A stretch of 38,935 nt of DNA, from IMG/VR virus record IMGVR_UViG_3300045988_103843, positions 1 to 38,935 of that record, one strand, 5' to 3'. The DNA comes from a virus. Position numbers and translations under genes: made by a program. A model generated the notes under the pieces. That model saw only the letters and a program-made list of their open reading frames with translations, ran no database searches and was not told the origin of the DNA. Below, in pieces: positions 29,476 through 38,237 of this stretch (its first letter is position 1; every line of letters begins with the position of its first letter).

Positions 29476-29939
29476 TTCAAAACCTCCTTAATACACCAAT
29501 CGACGTCATTGTCGTCCAAAGTGATCACACTGCTATTTGCGGCGGCGAACTCCTCGTAACGACGATAAATGAGCCCGATACTATCGGTGATGACGTCGCC
29601 GAACTCGTCGCCACGTAGTGTGAGGCGCCGCACCACCTCAGCGAGCGGCGGTAACACGATGACGATCGGGATGCCTAAGACAGAACACATGTAAGTCAGT
29701 TTCTCACAAGCATCGTTGTCGATACGTTGGGTGCGGCCAAATATATCGGCGTAAATTTGTTCGCTGATCCAGCAGCGGTCGATCACGACGCCGTCACATG
29801 CGAGCTTCTGCATGTACTCGGTGGCCGACTGTCCGCCGTTGCACGTCATCTTCAAGATGTTCATGTCGAGTTTATCGGCGAGCGCCTTCGCAAGCGTGGA
29901 CTTGCCGGCACCGTCAGGGCCTTCGATGATGATAGGCAT
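29463..29939 (-). CDS. Thymidylate-kinase-like dNMP kinase (short form)
   Basis: P-loop IIIEGPDGAGKST and a Tmk-like DRCWISEQIY (DRxxxSxxxY) motif. 158 aa. RBS GAAGGAG. Confidence 0.75.
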   Translation of the reverse strand: MPIIIEGPDGAGKSTLAKALADKLDMNILKMTCNGGQSATEYMQKLACDGVVIDRCWISEQIYADIFGRTQRIDNDACEKLTYMCSVLGIPIVIVLPPLAEVVRRLTLRGDEFGDVITDSIGLIYRRYEEFAAANSSVITLDDNDVDWCIKEVLKCML

Positions 29940-29942
29940 GGT

Positions 29943-31826
29943 TTACTCCTTCGTGAAAACACGTACACGTTTGCCGTTGACACGGCAGGTCTTACTTGCC
30001 AGGCCGTAGTGTTTATTGGCCTGGCGTGTGAATTCGTTTTGGCCGAGCGGCTTCAGGTTGTTCCTGATCGCCCAGGCCATATAGTAGTCGTACACTAACG
30101 CCGTCGACTCGTTCACCACCTCGTCGACAGGCGTGTCCTCGAAGTAGCCGAGGACGGGGTTGTTGGCGACGTTGTAGTCTTCGATCTCCTTGACGACGAC
30201 ATCTGGCATCGTAAACGAGCGGTTTGCCAAAACCCGCTCAAGTCCCTTGAGGCCGATGTTGATCAGGTGGCTCATGACCTCAGGCGAGTGGAGCTTGTAC
30301 TTGATGTACGGGTCGAAATCTGGGTCGTCTTTCGAAAACGTCGCCTTGAACGGCACGAGTACGATGCGGTCGAGCACAGCACCGGTCTTGTCCCTGATGC
30401 GCGGCATGGAATTCGCCGAGAACAGCAGCTTGGCATAACTGGCGAAGTCAAACGGGTCTTGGCCCTTACGCTCGGCGTTGACGCGGTCACCGCTTACGAG
30501 CTTCTTGAAAATAGCCGGGTTTGCGATGAACTCGTCGCCGATGTCGTCGCCGATGTTGGCCAACTTCCCAAACAGCTCCGCCGTCTTGAACCGCTCGCCG
30601 AGCTCCGCCAGGTCGAGTGCCGATGTATTGCCGTCACCGAGTAATGTCTTGAGCATGTCGAGGTACGTCGACTTGCCGTTCGCCTTGTCGCCGATCAGGA
30701 TGAAACTCTTGCGGAGCTCGTTACGCCTATAGAACAGGTAGCCGATAACCTCCTCCAGCAGGGCGTAGATACCGTCGTCATTGCAGGCGAGGCGACGCAG
30801 TGTCTTGTCGGTGAACTCCGACCAAATCGTCGGGTCGTACTCCCATGGGATGCGGTTCGTGATCACGAACTCCGGAGAGAACGGCTCAAGCTCGCCGGTC
30901 TTGATGTCGTACACACCGTTGGCGAACGCGATGTAATCGGCATCGGCCGCAGGTGCGTCATCTTGGATGAGCACGTCAAGGTAGTTGAGTACCTCGGTGC
31001 GCTTGGCCTTCGACAGCATCGGCAGGTGCCTGATCATCGCGTTCTCGATGAGGAGGTTGCCGGACACATAGACACCGTCACGGTATATATGGAGCTGCCG
31101 GCCGATCTTGACGATACGGTGTTCGTTCTTGAGGTACTCCGCGAACTTGTCGAATAGGAACGTGCCCTTGTTGTAGAACACATCTTCGGCAAATGCATCG
31201 TCGCGGTAGACGACATCGAGCTCCTGCTGCTCCATGGGCTTGTCGAACATATAGCGATTGATCACCGCCAACGTCTCGCGCGCCTCGTCTTTCGTGAAAC
31301 CCTCCGACTGCAGTGTCAAGATGTAGTTGAATAACGCCTGGTTGCGGCCGTCACCCTCTTCCATCTCGTCGAAGTCTGGCACATACTTCACCGGCCTCAG
31401 CCAGCACGGCAGCTCGTCGTAATCCTCGTCCGGCTCGATATCGTAGATCACATCGCGCTCGTGGCCGTCGACTTTCAGGCTGCCGTATGTGGCTTTCGAC
31501 CCGACTTTGATGTCGGCGTCGATGCCGATCGCCAGGCGTGCGTGTGTCTTGCATTTCATACCACGGGGGTAGCCGACGAAATAGAAATGCTTGCCGCGGG
31601 TCGTGGCGACGACCTTGCACGCGATCTGCTCGGCCTCGACGATGTCCATCAACTTCTCACTCTGTGCCATGTCGTCGATGTCGACGAAAATCGTCTCAGG
31701 CGCGAGCACACCACCGTAGCCGTCGAGTTTACGCGCCTGCGCCAGTGTGAGGTACTGGCCGTCTTTCAGCTTCTGTGCGCACTTCTTGCCGTTGAGTTTC
31801 ACATAGCCCATAAATAGGCGGTCCAT
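29943..31826 (-). CDS. Primase-helicase (Prim-Pol-like N-terminus, D5_N, P4-type SF3 helicase C-terminus)
   Basis: FVDIDD...ATTRGKHFYF. Walker A ILIGDKANGKST. The ATG at 31826 forms an ATGA overlap with the polymerase stop. Confidence 0.85.
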   Translation of the reverse strand: MDRLFMGYVKLNGKKCAQKLKDGQYLTLAQARKLDGYGGVLAPETIFVDIDDMAQSEKLMDIVEAEQIACKVVATTRGKHFYFVGYPRGMKCKTHARLAIGIDADIKVGSKATYGSLKVDGHERDVIYDIEPDEDYDELPCWLRPVKYVPDFDEMEEGDGRNQALFNYILTLQSEGFTKDEARETLAVINRYMFDKPMEQQELDVVYRDDAFAEDVFYNKGTFLFDKFAEYLKNEHRIVKIGRQLHIYRDGVYVSGNLLIENAMIRHLPMLSKAKRTEVLNYLDVLIQDDAPAADADYIAFANGVYDIKTGELEPFSPEFVITNRIPWEYDPTIWSEFTDKTLRRLACNDDGIYALLEEVIGYLFYRRNELRKSFILIGDKANGKSTYLDMLKTLLGDGNTSALDLAELGERFKTAELFGKLANIGDDIGDEFIANPAIFKKLVSGDRVNAERKGQDPFDFASYAKLLFSANSMPRIRDKTGAVLDRIVLVPFKATFSKDDPDFDPYIKYKLHSPEVMSHLINIGLKGLERVLANRSFTMPDVVVKEIEDYNVANNPVLGYFEDTPVDEVVNESTALVYDYYMAWAIRNNLKPLGQNEFTRQANKHYGLASKTCRVNGKRVRVFTKE

Positions 31827-33550
31827 CACATCACCCCAAACTGTGCTAACCGCGTTTTCGCGAGTTGAATATACCAACTCTTATCCAAATAAGCCGGGCA
31901 TTTCTTGCCGTGCACGTCGCCGTTATCGATAAATGAGTGCTCGCTTGTGTTGCCGAACTTCTCTGGCTTTGCCTTACCTGCCTTGACACGCCCGACCAGG
32001 CCGTCCGAATCGCGTGTAGATGCAAAGACTCGGAAACACTTGTCGGTGAGCCGCTCATGCCCGTGTACACCATACTTGTATTTGCCCGATACCTTCACGA
32101 CACGCTGGTAATCGATTAAGTCGTCGTCGGCTGCGATTGTGTCTTCGACAGGCACACCATGCACCATGTAGTCTACGAGCGCTTTGTTGACGACGGCGAG
32201 GTCGCAATCGAGCGGCCCCAATTTCTTGACATACGCGCCTTTCGTCTTCACCGACCCGTCAGCGGCCACGAGGACATAGTTGTTGACATCCTTCTGGTAG
32301 ACGCGGGTGAACTCGTCGAATTCCAAGCCCATGCCGGTGCGGTGCTCCCACTCATACGCCACGTCGTCGACACGGTCGTAGAACGCATCGGGCCCGCCTT
32401 CGAAACCGTCGGGCATGCGGATGAGTACACCGTCGGTATTACTCTGGATGATCTCCGCTCCGGTGTCACGGACCAACTTGTGCATGAGGTCGATGAGCAT
32501 GAGCTGCCCGTTGACGCAGACCATGTTTGCCTGACGCGGGTCGTAGAGTGCGTTGAACTTGTCTTTGCTGGCGCCAAATGTGCCGTTGACGACGAGTTTC
32601 AATGCCTTCTGGCGGGGGTCTTTCACATGCTTCAGCTCGATACGGTGGTCGCGGATGCCCTTGAACTTCGATGGGTCGTGCACATTGCGTGATAGCAGAT
32701 CGTGCTCAATCATCTCCGCCGGGTAGTAACTCTCGACGTCGGCGTTGATGAAATAACCCTCGCCGGCGTACTGTGTGAGCGCACCGTGCAAGCCTCCCCA
32801 CGCACACTTGTGCGGGCAGCCTGCGATGTCGAAATCGAGCGTCGCCGAGTAATCTTGGTTGGCCGTGTCGAGGTACCATGTCCGGATGAAATCATAAGGC
32901 CCGAGGTCGAGGCATGCGAGGGTCTCGATGTCGAACTCGTCGTCACGCGGGCGCGCCGGGCGCTCGGCACCGAGGATGATCGCCGTCAACTGTGCGTCGG
33001 TCTTGCCAAGGTACACCAATGGGAGGTCGAACATTTTGAGCAGGTCCATGCGCGCGTCGAACTCGTTTTTGCGCTGCATGAATACCTCAATTGTCTGCTC
33101 GACGTCATGGCGGCAATATTTCACGGTCTCGGCGATCTCGGCTTCAGTCAATTTGCGGTCGATGTCGAATGGCACCGTCGTCTCACAAATGTCGTTACCC
33201 ATATAGGCCTCGAGTGTCTTGAGGCCCCTGTCAGTGCGGTGATGGAACACGTCGTAATTGACCATGTATACCTTGCGCAGCAAACTCGAATACTGCCAGC
33301 CCTTATGGCCTTCGGCGATGATGAAATCATTGATCGCCTTCGGGTCAAAGCCGCACAAGATACCCTTGAAAATAAACTGGTCGTAATGGAGGTTGTTGTA
33401 CCCTACCCAAATATCGCGTTTACGCTCTTCGTAGAGCGCGGTGAGCGCGTCGGCATCGTTGATGATGACGCGCTCGTCGCGTGTGACGGGGTTGATGACT
33501 ACGACCATCCAGTCGTGTTTGAAAACTTCGAAGTCGTAGAAATTGAGCAT
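31826..33550 (-). CDS. Family-B-like DNA polymerase with a 3'-5' exonuclease domain
   Basis: Exo motifs YDFEV, NNLHYDQFIF, YCRHDVEQT. Polymerase motifs DVESYYPAEM (A), KLVVNGTFG (B), SNTDGV (C). Confidence 0.8.
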   Translation of the reverse strand: MLNFYDFEVFKHDWMVVVINPVTRDERVIINDADALTALYEERKRDIWVGYNNLHYDQFIFKGILCGFDPKAINDFIIAEGHKGWQYSSLLRKVYMVNYDVFHHRTDRGLKTLEAYMGNDICETTVPFDIDRKLTEAEIAETVKYCRHDVEQTIEVFMQRKNEFDARMDLLKMFDLPLVYLGKTDAQLTAIILGAERPARPRDDEFDIETLACLDLGPYDFIRTWYLDTANQDYSATLDFDIAGCPHKCAWGGLHGALTQYAGEGYFINADVESYYPAEMIEHDLLSRNVHDPSKFKGIRDHRIELKHVKDPRQKALKLVVNGTFGASKDKFNALYDPRQANMVCVNGQLMLIDLMHKLVRDTGAEIIQSNTDGVLIRMPDGFEGGPDAFYDRVDDVAYEWEHRTGMGLEFDEFTRVYQKDVNNYVLVAADGSVKTKGAYVKKLGPLDCDLAVVNKALVDYMVHGVPVEDTIAADDDLIDYQRVVKVSGKYKYGVHGHERLTDKCFRVFASTRDSDGLVGRVKAGKAKPEKFGNTSEHSFIDNGDVHGKKCPAYLDKSWYIQLAKTRLAQFGVM

Positions 33551-33558
33551 CGCTATAC

Positions 33559-34026
33559 CTAATCGAGTTCGAAAATATCGGTGATCTGGAAGGTGTCGAA
33601 GCCCTTGTTGTTCTCACCGTACTCGAGGCCGTACTCGAATTTGCCGTCGATGTACTCGGTGATGTCGAGCAGCAGGTCGTTGTAATCGGCGTACCCAGTG
33701 AACTCGACATCGATACCGGAATCGTCAGGCAGCAGCGAGCGGAGGAAAGAGTTCATAATGTGGATCTGGAAACCCTGCGTGATAACCTGGTTCATGAAAA
33801 TACGCTGGCCCTTGAGCTCGCCGTCGCTGACGATCTTCATCCAGCACGATACCATAGGCTTACCGGTCTTCTTGGTCTCGGTGAGCTCGAGCTTGTCGAT
33901 TGAGACCTCATAGTCACCGTGTGGCACGTCCTTGAAATCGGCACCGCCACCGTTGGCCTCTGCGTCGGCGATGTCCTTCTTAAGGCCGTCGATGTCGACC
34001 ATCTTGTCAAACTTGCTGAAATCCAT
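33559..34026 (-). CDS. DUF669-like protein (putative ssDNA-binding partner of the Sak4-type ATPase)
   Basis: The ATG at 34026 (MDFSKFDKMV...). VPHGDYEVSIDKLELTETKKTGKPM pattern, and a position after an AAA_24-type ATPase. Confidence 0.6.
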   Translation of the reverse strand: MDFSKFDKMVDIDGLKKDIADAEANGGGADFKDVPHGDYEVSIDKLELTETKKTGKPMVSCWMKIVSDGELKGQRIFMNQVITQGFQIHIMNSFLRSLLPDDSGIDVEFTGYADYNDLLLDITEYIDGKFEYGLEYGENNKGFDTFQITDIFELD

Positions 34027-34051
34027 GATATGTTGTCCTTTCAATCAGTAA

Positions 34052-35758
34052 TTACTCTTCGACGACGCGACGCTTACGGGTGCGACGCTTCGGCTTCTCC
34101 TCGACAGCCTCGGGCTCTGCGGCCTCTTCGGTGTCGAACGGCGGCTCCTCCTCTTCGGCGACAGCCTTGGCCTTACGGGTACGGCGCTTGGGCTTCTCCT
34201 CGGTCTTGGCATCGGGCTCCTCAGCAGTCTCAGCCTCAACCTCAGGCTTAGGCTTTGCCTTCTTGGCCTCAGGCTTCACAGTAGCGCCCTGTGCCTCAAG
34301 CAGTGCCTCATTGAATGCCTCGACAGTGAGCTCGCAGCGGTCACGCTTGAAATCGATACGCCCGCCGCCGAAGATGTTCTCGTTCTTGCGGAGCTGCAGG
34401 AAATGGCCACGCTCGTCCATATAGGCTCGGAGCGTCATGGTGACAGTGCCGGCGAGCACATTCGCGACCTTGTCAGGCAGGTTCGGCTTAAATGTCGATA
34501 CCTTCATGCCGTTTGCGTACGTGATCTCCGTGACGAGCTCCTTGGAGATATAAATGACACGGTAGCCGAGGGACTTGAGGCGCTTCATTTGGCTGAGGAA
34601 CTCAGTACGAACCATGTCCCAGCCCTTGCCGTAGCCGCCGTCGCTCTCGTGCTTGATGCCGAGCTGGTCGAATACGTAGAAACGGCAGTGCTCGTATAGG
34701 TCTTCGACCAGGTCGAGCGCGATGACCTTGAATGTGTTGTCATGCTTCTCCAGCTCATCGACGACCTCGCGGAACTTCGCCCATGCGAGCACCTTCTTGG
34801 TCATACGGCCTTCGGTGACGAGCTCATCGGCGATCTGGACGAACGGGCTCGTGATATTCTGGGTGTTGCCGTCGGTGTTGATGAACAGCACGTCGTCAAA
34901 GTGGTCGACGAACGTCGACTTGCCGACATAGCTGTCTGCATAAAGCCACATATCGGGGTCAGTGATGACAGCCTCGGCGCGGCGTTCGTTCTTGGGCAAA
35001 ATAAACATGTCATTTCCTTCCAAACAGAAATCTTTGTAATCACACCAGTCACATAGGCGCGACTCATGCTTCGGGAATTCGGTGGCGTTCGCCATCGTGC
35101 AAGTGCCGACTGCGAAATCGGCGACTTTCTCTGGATCATACTCGACGCGGTACAGCTTAGGCCACATGTCTTCCAACGTGGCGGCGAGACGCTCGCGGAA
35201 TTGGTAGAGGTCTTCGGTCTTCTTCTGCCTGATCATCGTCTTAGGCACAATCAAGAATGCCATGTCTTGGATGATCTCACCCGGGTGCGTCTTCTCATAG
35301 AAATATTTATAGACGCTCAGCTGCCCGCTCTCGAGGTACCTATCGACATTGTTCGAATACTTGAAATCGAGCATCGTCCACAGGCCGTTGCCACGAGGGA
35401 TGAGCATGTCGATGAAACCGACGAAACCGCTGTCGTCCTCGACCTTCACCTCGAACACTGGGTCGGTGTCGTCGTCCAGCATACGCCATGCGAGCTCGCG
35501 TGCGCGTGTGCCGAGCACGCGGATCTTCATCAGCTCGTTGACCGTCAAATCGGTCATGACGGGGTACGCGGCTTTATAGTTCGCGATTGCCTCGTCGACA
35601 CCGACCTCGATGCACTCGTGCAGCATCGTGCCGATCACGAGCGGGTTCGCCGCATCGCAGTTGAACGGCACTTCGAGGCCGTCGACATAGTTGAACTCGA
35701 ACTTACGCGGGCACTGGGTGAAGGTACCTACCCTCGAATATGAGGTCTTGAACGTCAC
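34052..35758 (-). CDS. Fusion protein: Cas4-like PD-(D/E)XK exonuclease with an Fe-S Cys tetrad, plus a Sak4/AAA_24-like ATPase and a repeated basic/acidic tail
   Basis: N-terminal QCPRKF...GFIDML...LDFKYS...QLSVYKYF...CDWCDYKDFC. Second half YADSYVGKSTFVDHF...VIALDLVEDL...YGKGW. EEKPKRRTRK occurs twice at the C-terminus. GTG start after AGGAGG. Confidence 0.8.
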   Translation of the reverse strand: MTFKTSYSRVGTFTQCPRKFEFNYVDGLEVPFNCDAANPLVIGTMLHECIEVGVDEAIANYKAAYPVMTDLTVNELMKIRVLGTRARELAWRMLDDDTDPVFEVKVEDDSGFVGFIDMLIPRGNGLWTMLDFKYSNNVDRYLESGQLSVYKYFYEKTHPGEIIQDMAFLIVPKTMIRQKKTEDLYQFRERLAATLEDMWPKLYRVEYDPEKVADFAVGTCTMANATEFPKHESRLCDWCDYKDFCLEGNDMFILPKNERRAEAVITDPDMWLYADSYVGKSTFVDHFDDVLFINTDGNTQNITSPFVQIADELVTEGRMTKKVLAWAKFREVVDELEKHDNTFKVIALDLVEDLYEHCRFYVFDQLGIKHESDGGYGKGWDMVRTEFLSQMKRLKSLGYRVIYISKELVTEITYANGMKVSTFKPNLPDKVANVLAGTVTMTLRAYMDERGHFLQLRKNENIFGGGRIDFKRDRCELTVEAFNEALLEAQGATVKPEAKKAKPKPEVEAETAEEPDAKTEEKPKRRTRKAKAVAEEEEPPFDTEEAAEPEAVEEKPKRRTRKRRVVEE

Positions 35759-36059
35759 AACTTCCTCCTTTCTCCTTCAGGCGGCATACAAGCCGTTTCA
35801 ATTGGGCGAAATCGTCAGGCCAGACGACTACTGCCACGCCGCCGCTCTCCGTTATCTTCCCGCAGTGGTAGACCTGCAGCGGCGACGGCTTGCCGTTAGG
35901 GCCTTTGAGCTCGATTCCGACGAACCGGCCGTTGACGCATGCCAAGATGTCGGGTACGCCTGCACGGGTGTTGCGGTTGGCGAAAAACTTGACATGCCAT
36001 ACGCCTTGTGAATCGAGCCACCGCTTCACGCGGTTCTCGAAGTTCTTCTCACCGGCCAA
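35703..36059 (-). CDS. VRR-NUC domain nuclease
   Basis: GVPDILACVNGRFVGIELKGPNGKPSPLQ (D...ExK core). Overlaps the downstream gene by 56 nt. Confidence 0.75.
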   Translation of the reverse strand: MAGEKNFENRVKRWLDSQGVWHVKFFANRNTRAGVPDILACVNGRFVGIELKGPNGKPSPLQVYHCGKITESGGVAVVVWPDDFAQLKRLVCRLKEKGGSCDVQDLIFEGRYLHPVPA

Positions 36060-37334
36060 CTAATCACCTCCCATCTCGAATAGCTTCTCAGTGTAGTCGC
36101 GCCGCATCGCAAGTGTGTCGTAGATCTTCTCTTCGACAGTGCCTTTCGACACCAACTCGTAATACGTGCACGGCTTGTCTTGGCCGACGCGGTGGATACG
36201 CTTCTTCGACTGCTCGAAGAGTGACGACGCCAGCGGCGGCGAGAAATAGACGCAAGTGTCGGCTTGCTGCAAGTTCACGCCCATCGCACCCGACTGGTAT
36301 TGGATGAGCGCGACCCCATCGCCAGTATCGAAGAACGGCGACAGGTCATGCGCCTTGCCATTGAGCACACCGTATGGCCGGTGCCTCTTCTCCAACTCCG
36401 CAGTAAGCCCTTCGAGCTCGGCGTCGAAATTGTAGAACACGACGAGGCGTTTACCGATGCCGTCCAGCATATCACCGAATGCCTCGAGCTTGGCCTGTGA
36501 ATACGCACCCGCCAACTGGCGTTTCGCGGTGAGGTCACCGAAGACGGTGTCGCCGACAAACTCGCGCCCGAACGCCGTAATAATGTTCACCTTGGCGAAC
36601 TCTCGGTAATACTTGCTCATCGGCACGTCGACCTTGATGAAACGCTGATCAGGCAGGTCGATGACGTCGTCGGTCTTGAGGAAATCGCAACCGAGCTCCT
36701 TCATCTTGCGCACCAGCCTCTCCTCGTTTTTGTAACCCGTCACTTTCGTGATCGGGAAACCCTCACGCATCGTCGTCTCATACTCGACGTATTGCCGCCA
36801 AAACAGTTTCTCGTCGATACCCCAACCGAGCATGTGCAACTGCGTCCACAGGCGTTCGTACTTGCCGTCGACCGGTGTGCCCGACAGCAAGATGAGCTCG
36901 TTCGCCCTAGCCGCCAACTCCATCGCCGCCTTGGTGCGTTTCGATGATTTGTTCTGCAGCAATGACGACTCGTCGAACATTACGGCGAAGCATTTCAACT
37001 CCTTGAGTTCTGGGCGCCGCCATAACAGGTCGTAATTGATCACGCCGACTGCGTCTCGTGAATGCGGGTCGCCGATGCGCAATTCAAACGCTTCAATGCA
37101 GTGTGGCTTCGTCAAATTGACGACGTCGATGTCGTAATAATTCGAGAAGTGGGCCATCCAATCGGCTACCTTCGACTTCTGGCATACGACCAAGGCCAAA
37201 TGCCAACACTTGTCCGACATCAATTTCTCGGCGCCGGTAAATGTCTTGCCGAGGCCCATGTCGTGGTAGAACGCACAGCTGCGTTTGCCGTCGACGCGGT
37301 CGAGGGCAGCCTGCTGGTATGCGAACAGGCCCAT
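36060..37334 (-). CDS. SNF2-family (DEAD-like) helicase
   Basis: DMGLGKT (motif I), MFDESS (II), LLSGTP (III), and a helicase C-terminal domain with GVNLQ and RIHRVGQ. Confidence 0.9.
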   Translation of the reverse strand: MGLFAYQQAALDRVDGKRSCAFYHDMGLGKTFTGAEKLMSDKCWHLALVVCQKSKVADWMAHFSNYYDIDVVNLTKPHCIEAFELRIGDPHSRDAVGVINYDLLWRRPELKELKCFAVMFDESSLLQNKSSKRTKAAMELAARANELILLSGTPVDGKYERLWTQLHMLGWGIDEKLFWRQYVEYETTMREGFPITKVTGYKNEERLVRKMKELGCDFLKTDDVIDLPDQRFIKVDVPMSKYYREFAKVNIITAFGREFVGDTVFGDLTAKRQLAGAYSQAKLEAFGDMLDGIGKRLVVFYNFDAELEGLTAELEKRHRPYGVLNGKAHDLSPFFDTGDGVALIQYQSGAMGVNLQQADTCVYFSPPLASSLFEQSKKRIHRVGQDKPCTYYELVSKGTVEEKIYDTLAMRRDYTEKLFEMGGD

Positions 37335-37528
37335 TACGAGAAGAACATTGACTTGATCTCCTCGCCAGTCAAGTCATACCGGTCTGCGATAGCCTTGATC
37401 TCAGACTGTCGGAACTCGGACCTGCCGTTGATCTTCCACGACAGTGTGGATTCTGTCACGCCGAGCATTCGTGCGAGCTCGCCTTGGGTGTCCCCGAACT
37501 CGCGGATAGTTTCAAATAGGCTCTTCAT
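37334..37528 (-). CDS. Cro/XRE-like HTH regulator, first gene of the early operon
   Basis: 64 aa. TQGELARMLGVTESTLSWKING helix-turn-helix. RBS GGAGGT. Confidence 0.75.
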   Translation of the reverse strand: MKSLFETIREFGDTQGELARMLGVTESTLSWKINGRSEFRQSEIKAIADRYDLTGEEIKSMFFS

Positions 37529-37556
37529 CTTTCACCTCCTTCGATCGGCGAACCTC

Positions 37557-37619
37557 ATTATACTGCGTTTCGTTTCGATTTATTCGAGTATTTATAACTT
37601 TTTTTGAAATACGTGTCAA
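37557..37619 (-). promoter_or_regulatory. Candidate tandem early promoters
   Basis: Minus-strand TTGACA (37614-37619)-N17-TATAAA (37591-37596), plus a proximal TATAAT (37557-37562) about 28 nt upstream of the ATG at 37528. Confidence 0.55.
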
Positions 37620-37915
37620 ACTGTCAAACACCTGTCACACTGCTGATTTTAGGCCTGTTTGACAGTAAATTGCATCCCTATGTCGCGTTTTGCCGTACCT
37701 GTCACACTGTCACACTGTTTCTCCCCTATACCTAGATATTTTCAAAAGTATATACTATAGGCTTATTAGATATATAGATAAAAAATATCTAATATAGGGG
37801 CCCCTTGTTGTTTGACAGCTTGACAGGTGATGAGAAACGCGACGTAGAGATGCAAACACCTGTCACACTGGCCCTTTTAGCGGTGTGACAGGTGATGGAC
37901 ACTGTTTGACAGGTA
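37613..37915. promoter_or_regulatory. Non-coding regulatory hub B, collinear with hub A
   Basis: ctgtcaaacacctgtcacactg at 37621-37642. Tandem site at 37696-37717. IR arms at 37723-37742 and 37782-37800 with a 39-nt AT spacer. aaacgcgacgtag at about 37845-37857, with a reverse copy at about 37677-37691. Several TTTGACAG variants. Confidence 0.8.
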
Positions 37916-37919
37916 CTAA

Positions 37920-38231
37920 CTACCGTAGCGCGTGGATCTGTGACATGACTGCGTCGTACTCCTTCGGACACACGGCTTTTATGCACTCCATGTGTTTGTC
38001 GAGTATACCCATCAATGCTGCGTAGTCGACACGCGATGCGGCTTCCAAGAAATCAGACCCTGTGAGCGCATCGGTCTCCTGTGCCGACATTGCCATTGGC
38101 TGCATACTGCTTTCGAGGTGGTCGCGGACGATGTACAACCATGCCAGACGCTCACATACGGCATAAGACGTATCGCGCTTCTCCAGGTTGAGGATCTCCT
38201 CTTCGATAGTCTCAATCGACACCATTTCCAT
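37920..38231 (-). CDS. Hypothetical helical protein (last gene of the late transcript)
   Basis: 103 aa with coding-like composition. Confidence 0.6.
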   Translation of the reverse strand: MEMVSIETIEEEILNLEKRDTSYAVCERLAWLYIVRDHLESSMQPMAMSAQETDALTGSDFLEAASRVDYAALMGILDKHMECIKAVCPKEYDAVMSQIHALR

Positions 38232-38237
38232 TCACCC

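Noticed and set aside
31351-31620. Assorted 60-100-aa Arg-rich minus-strand ORFs nested in large genes. Other examples are 603-818, 8077-8394, 13634-14104 and 19482-19721.
   Set aside because: They are alternative frames of well-supported genes, with extreme R/S/P/T composition and no RBS.
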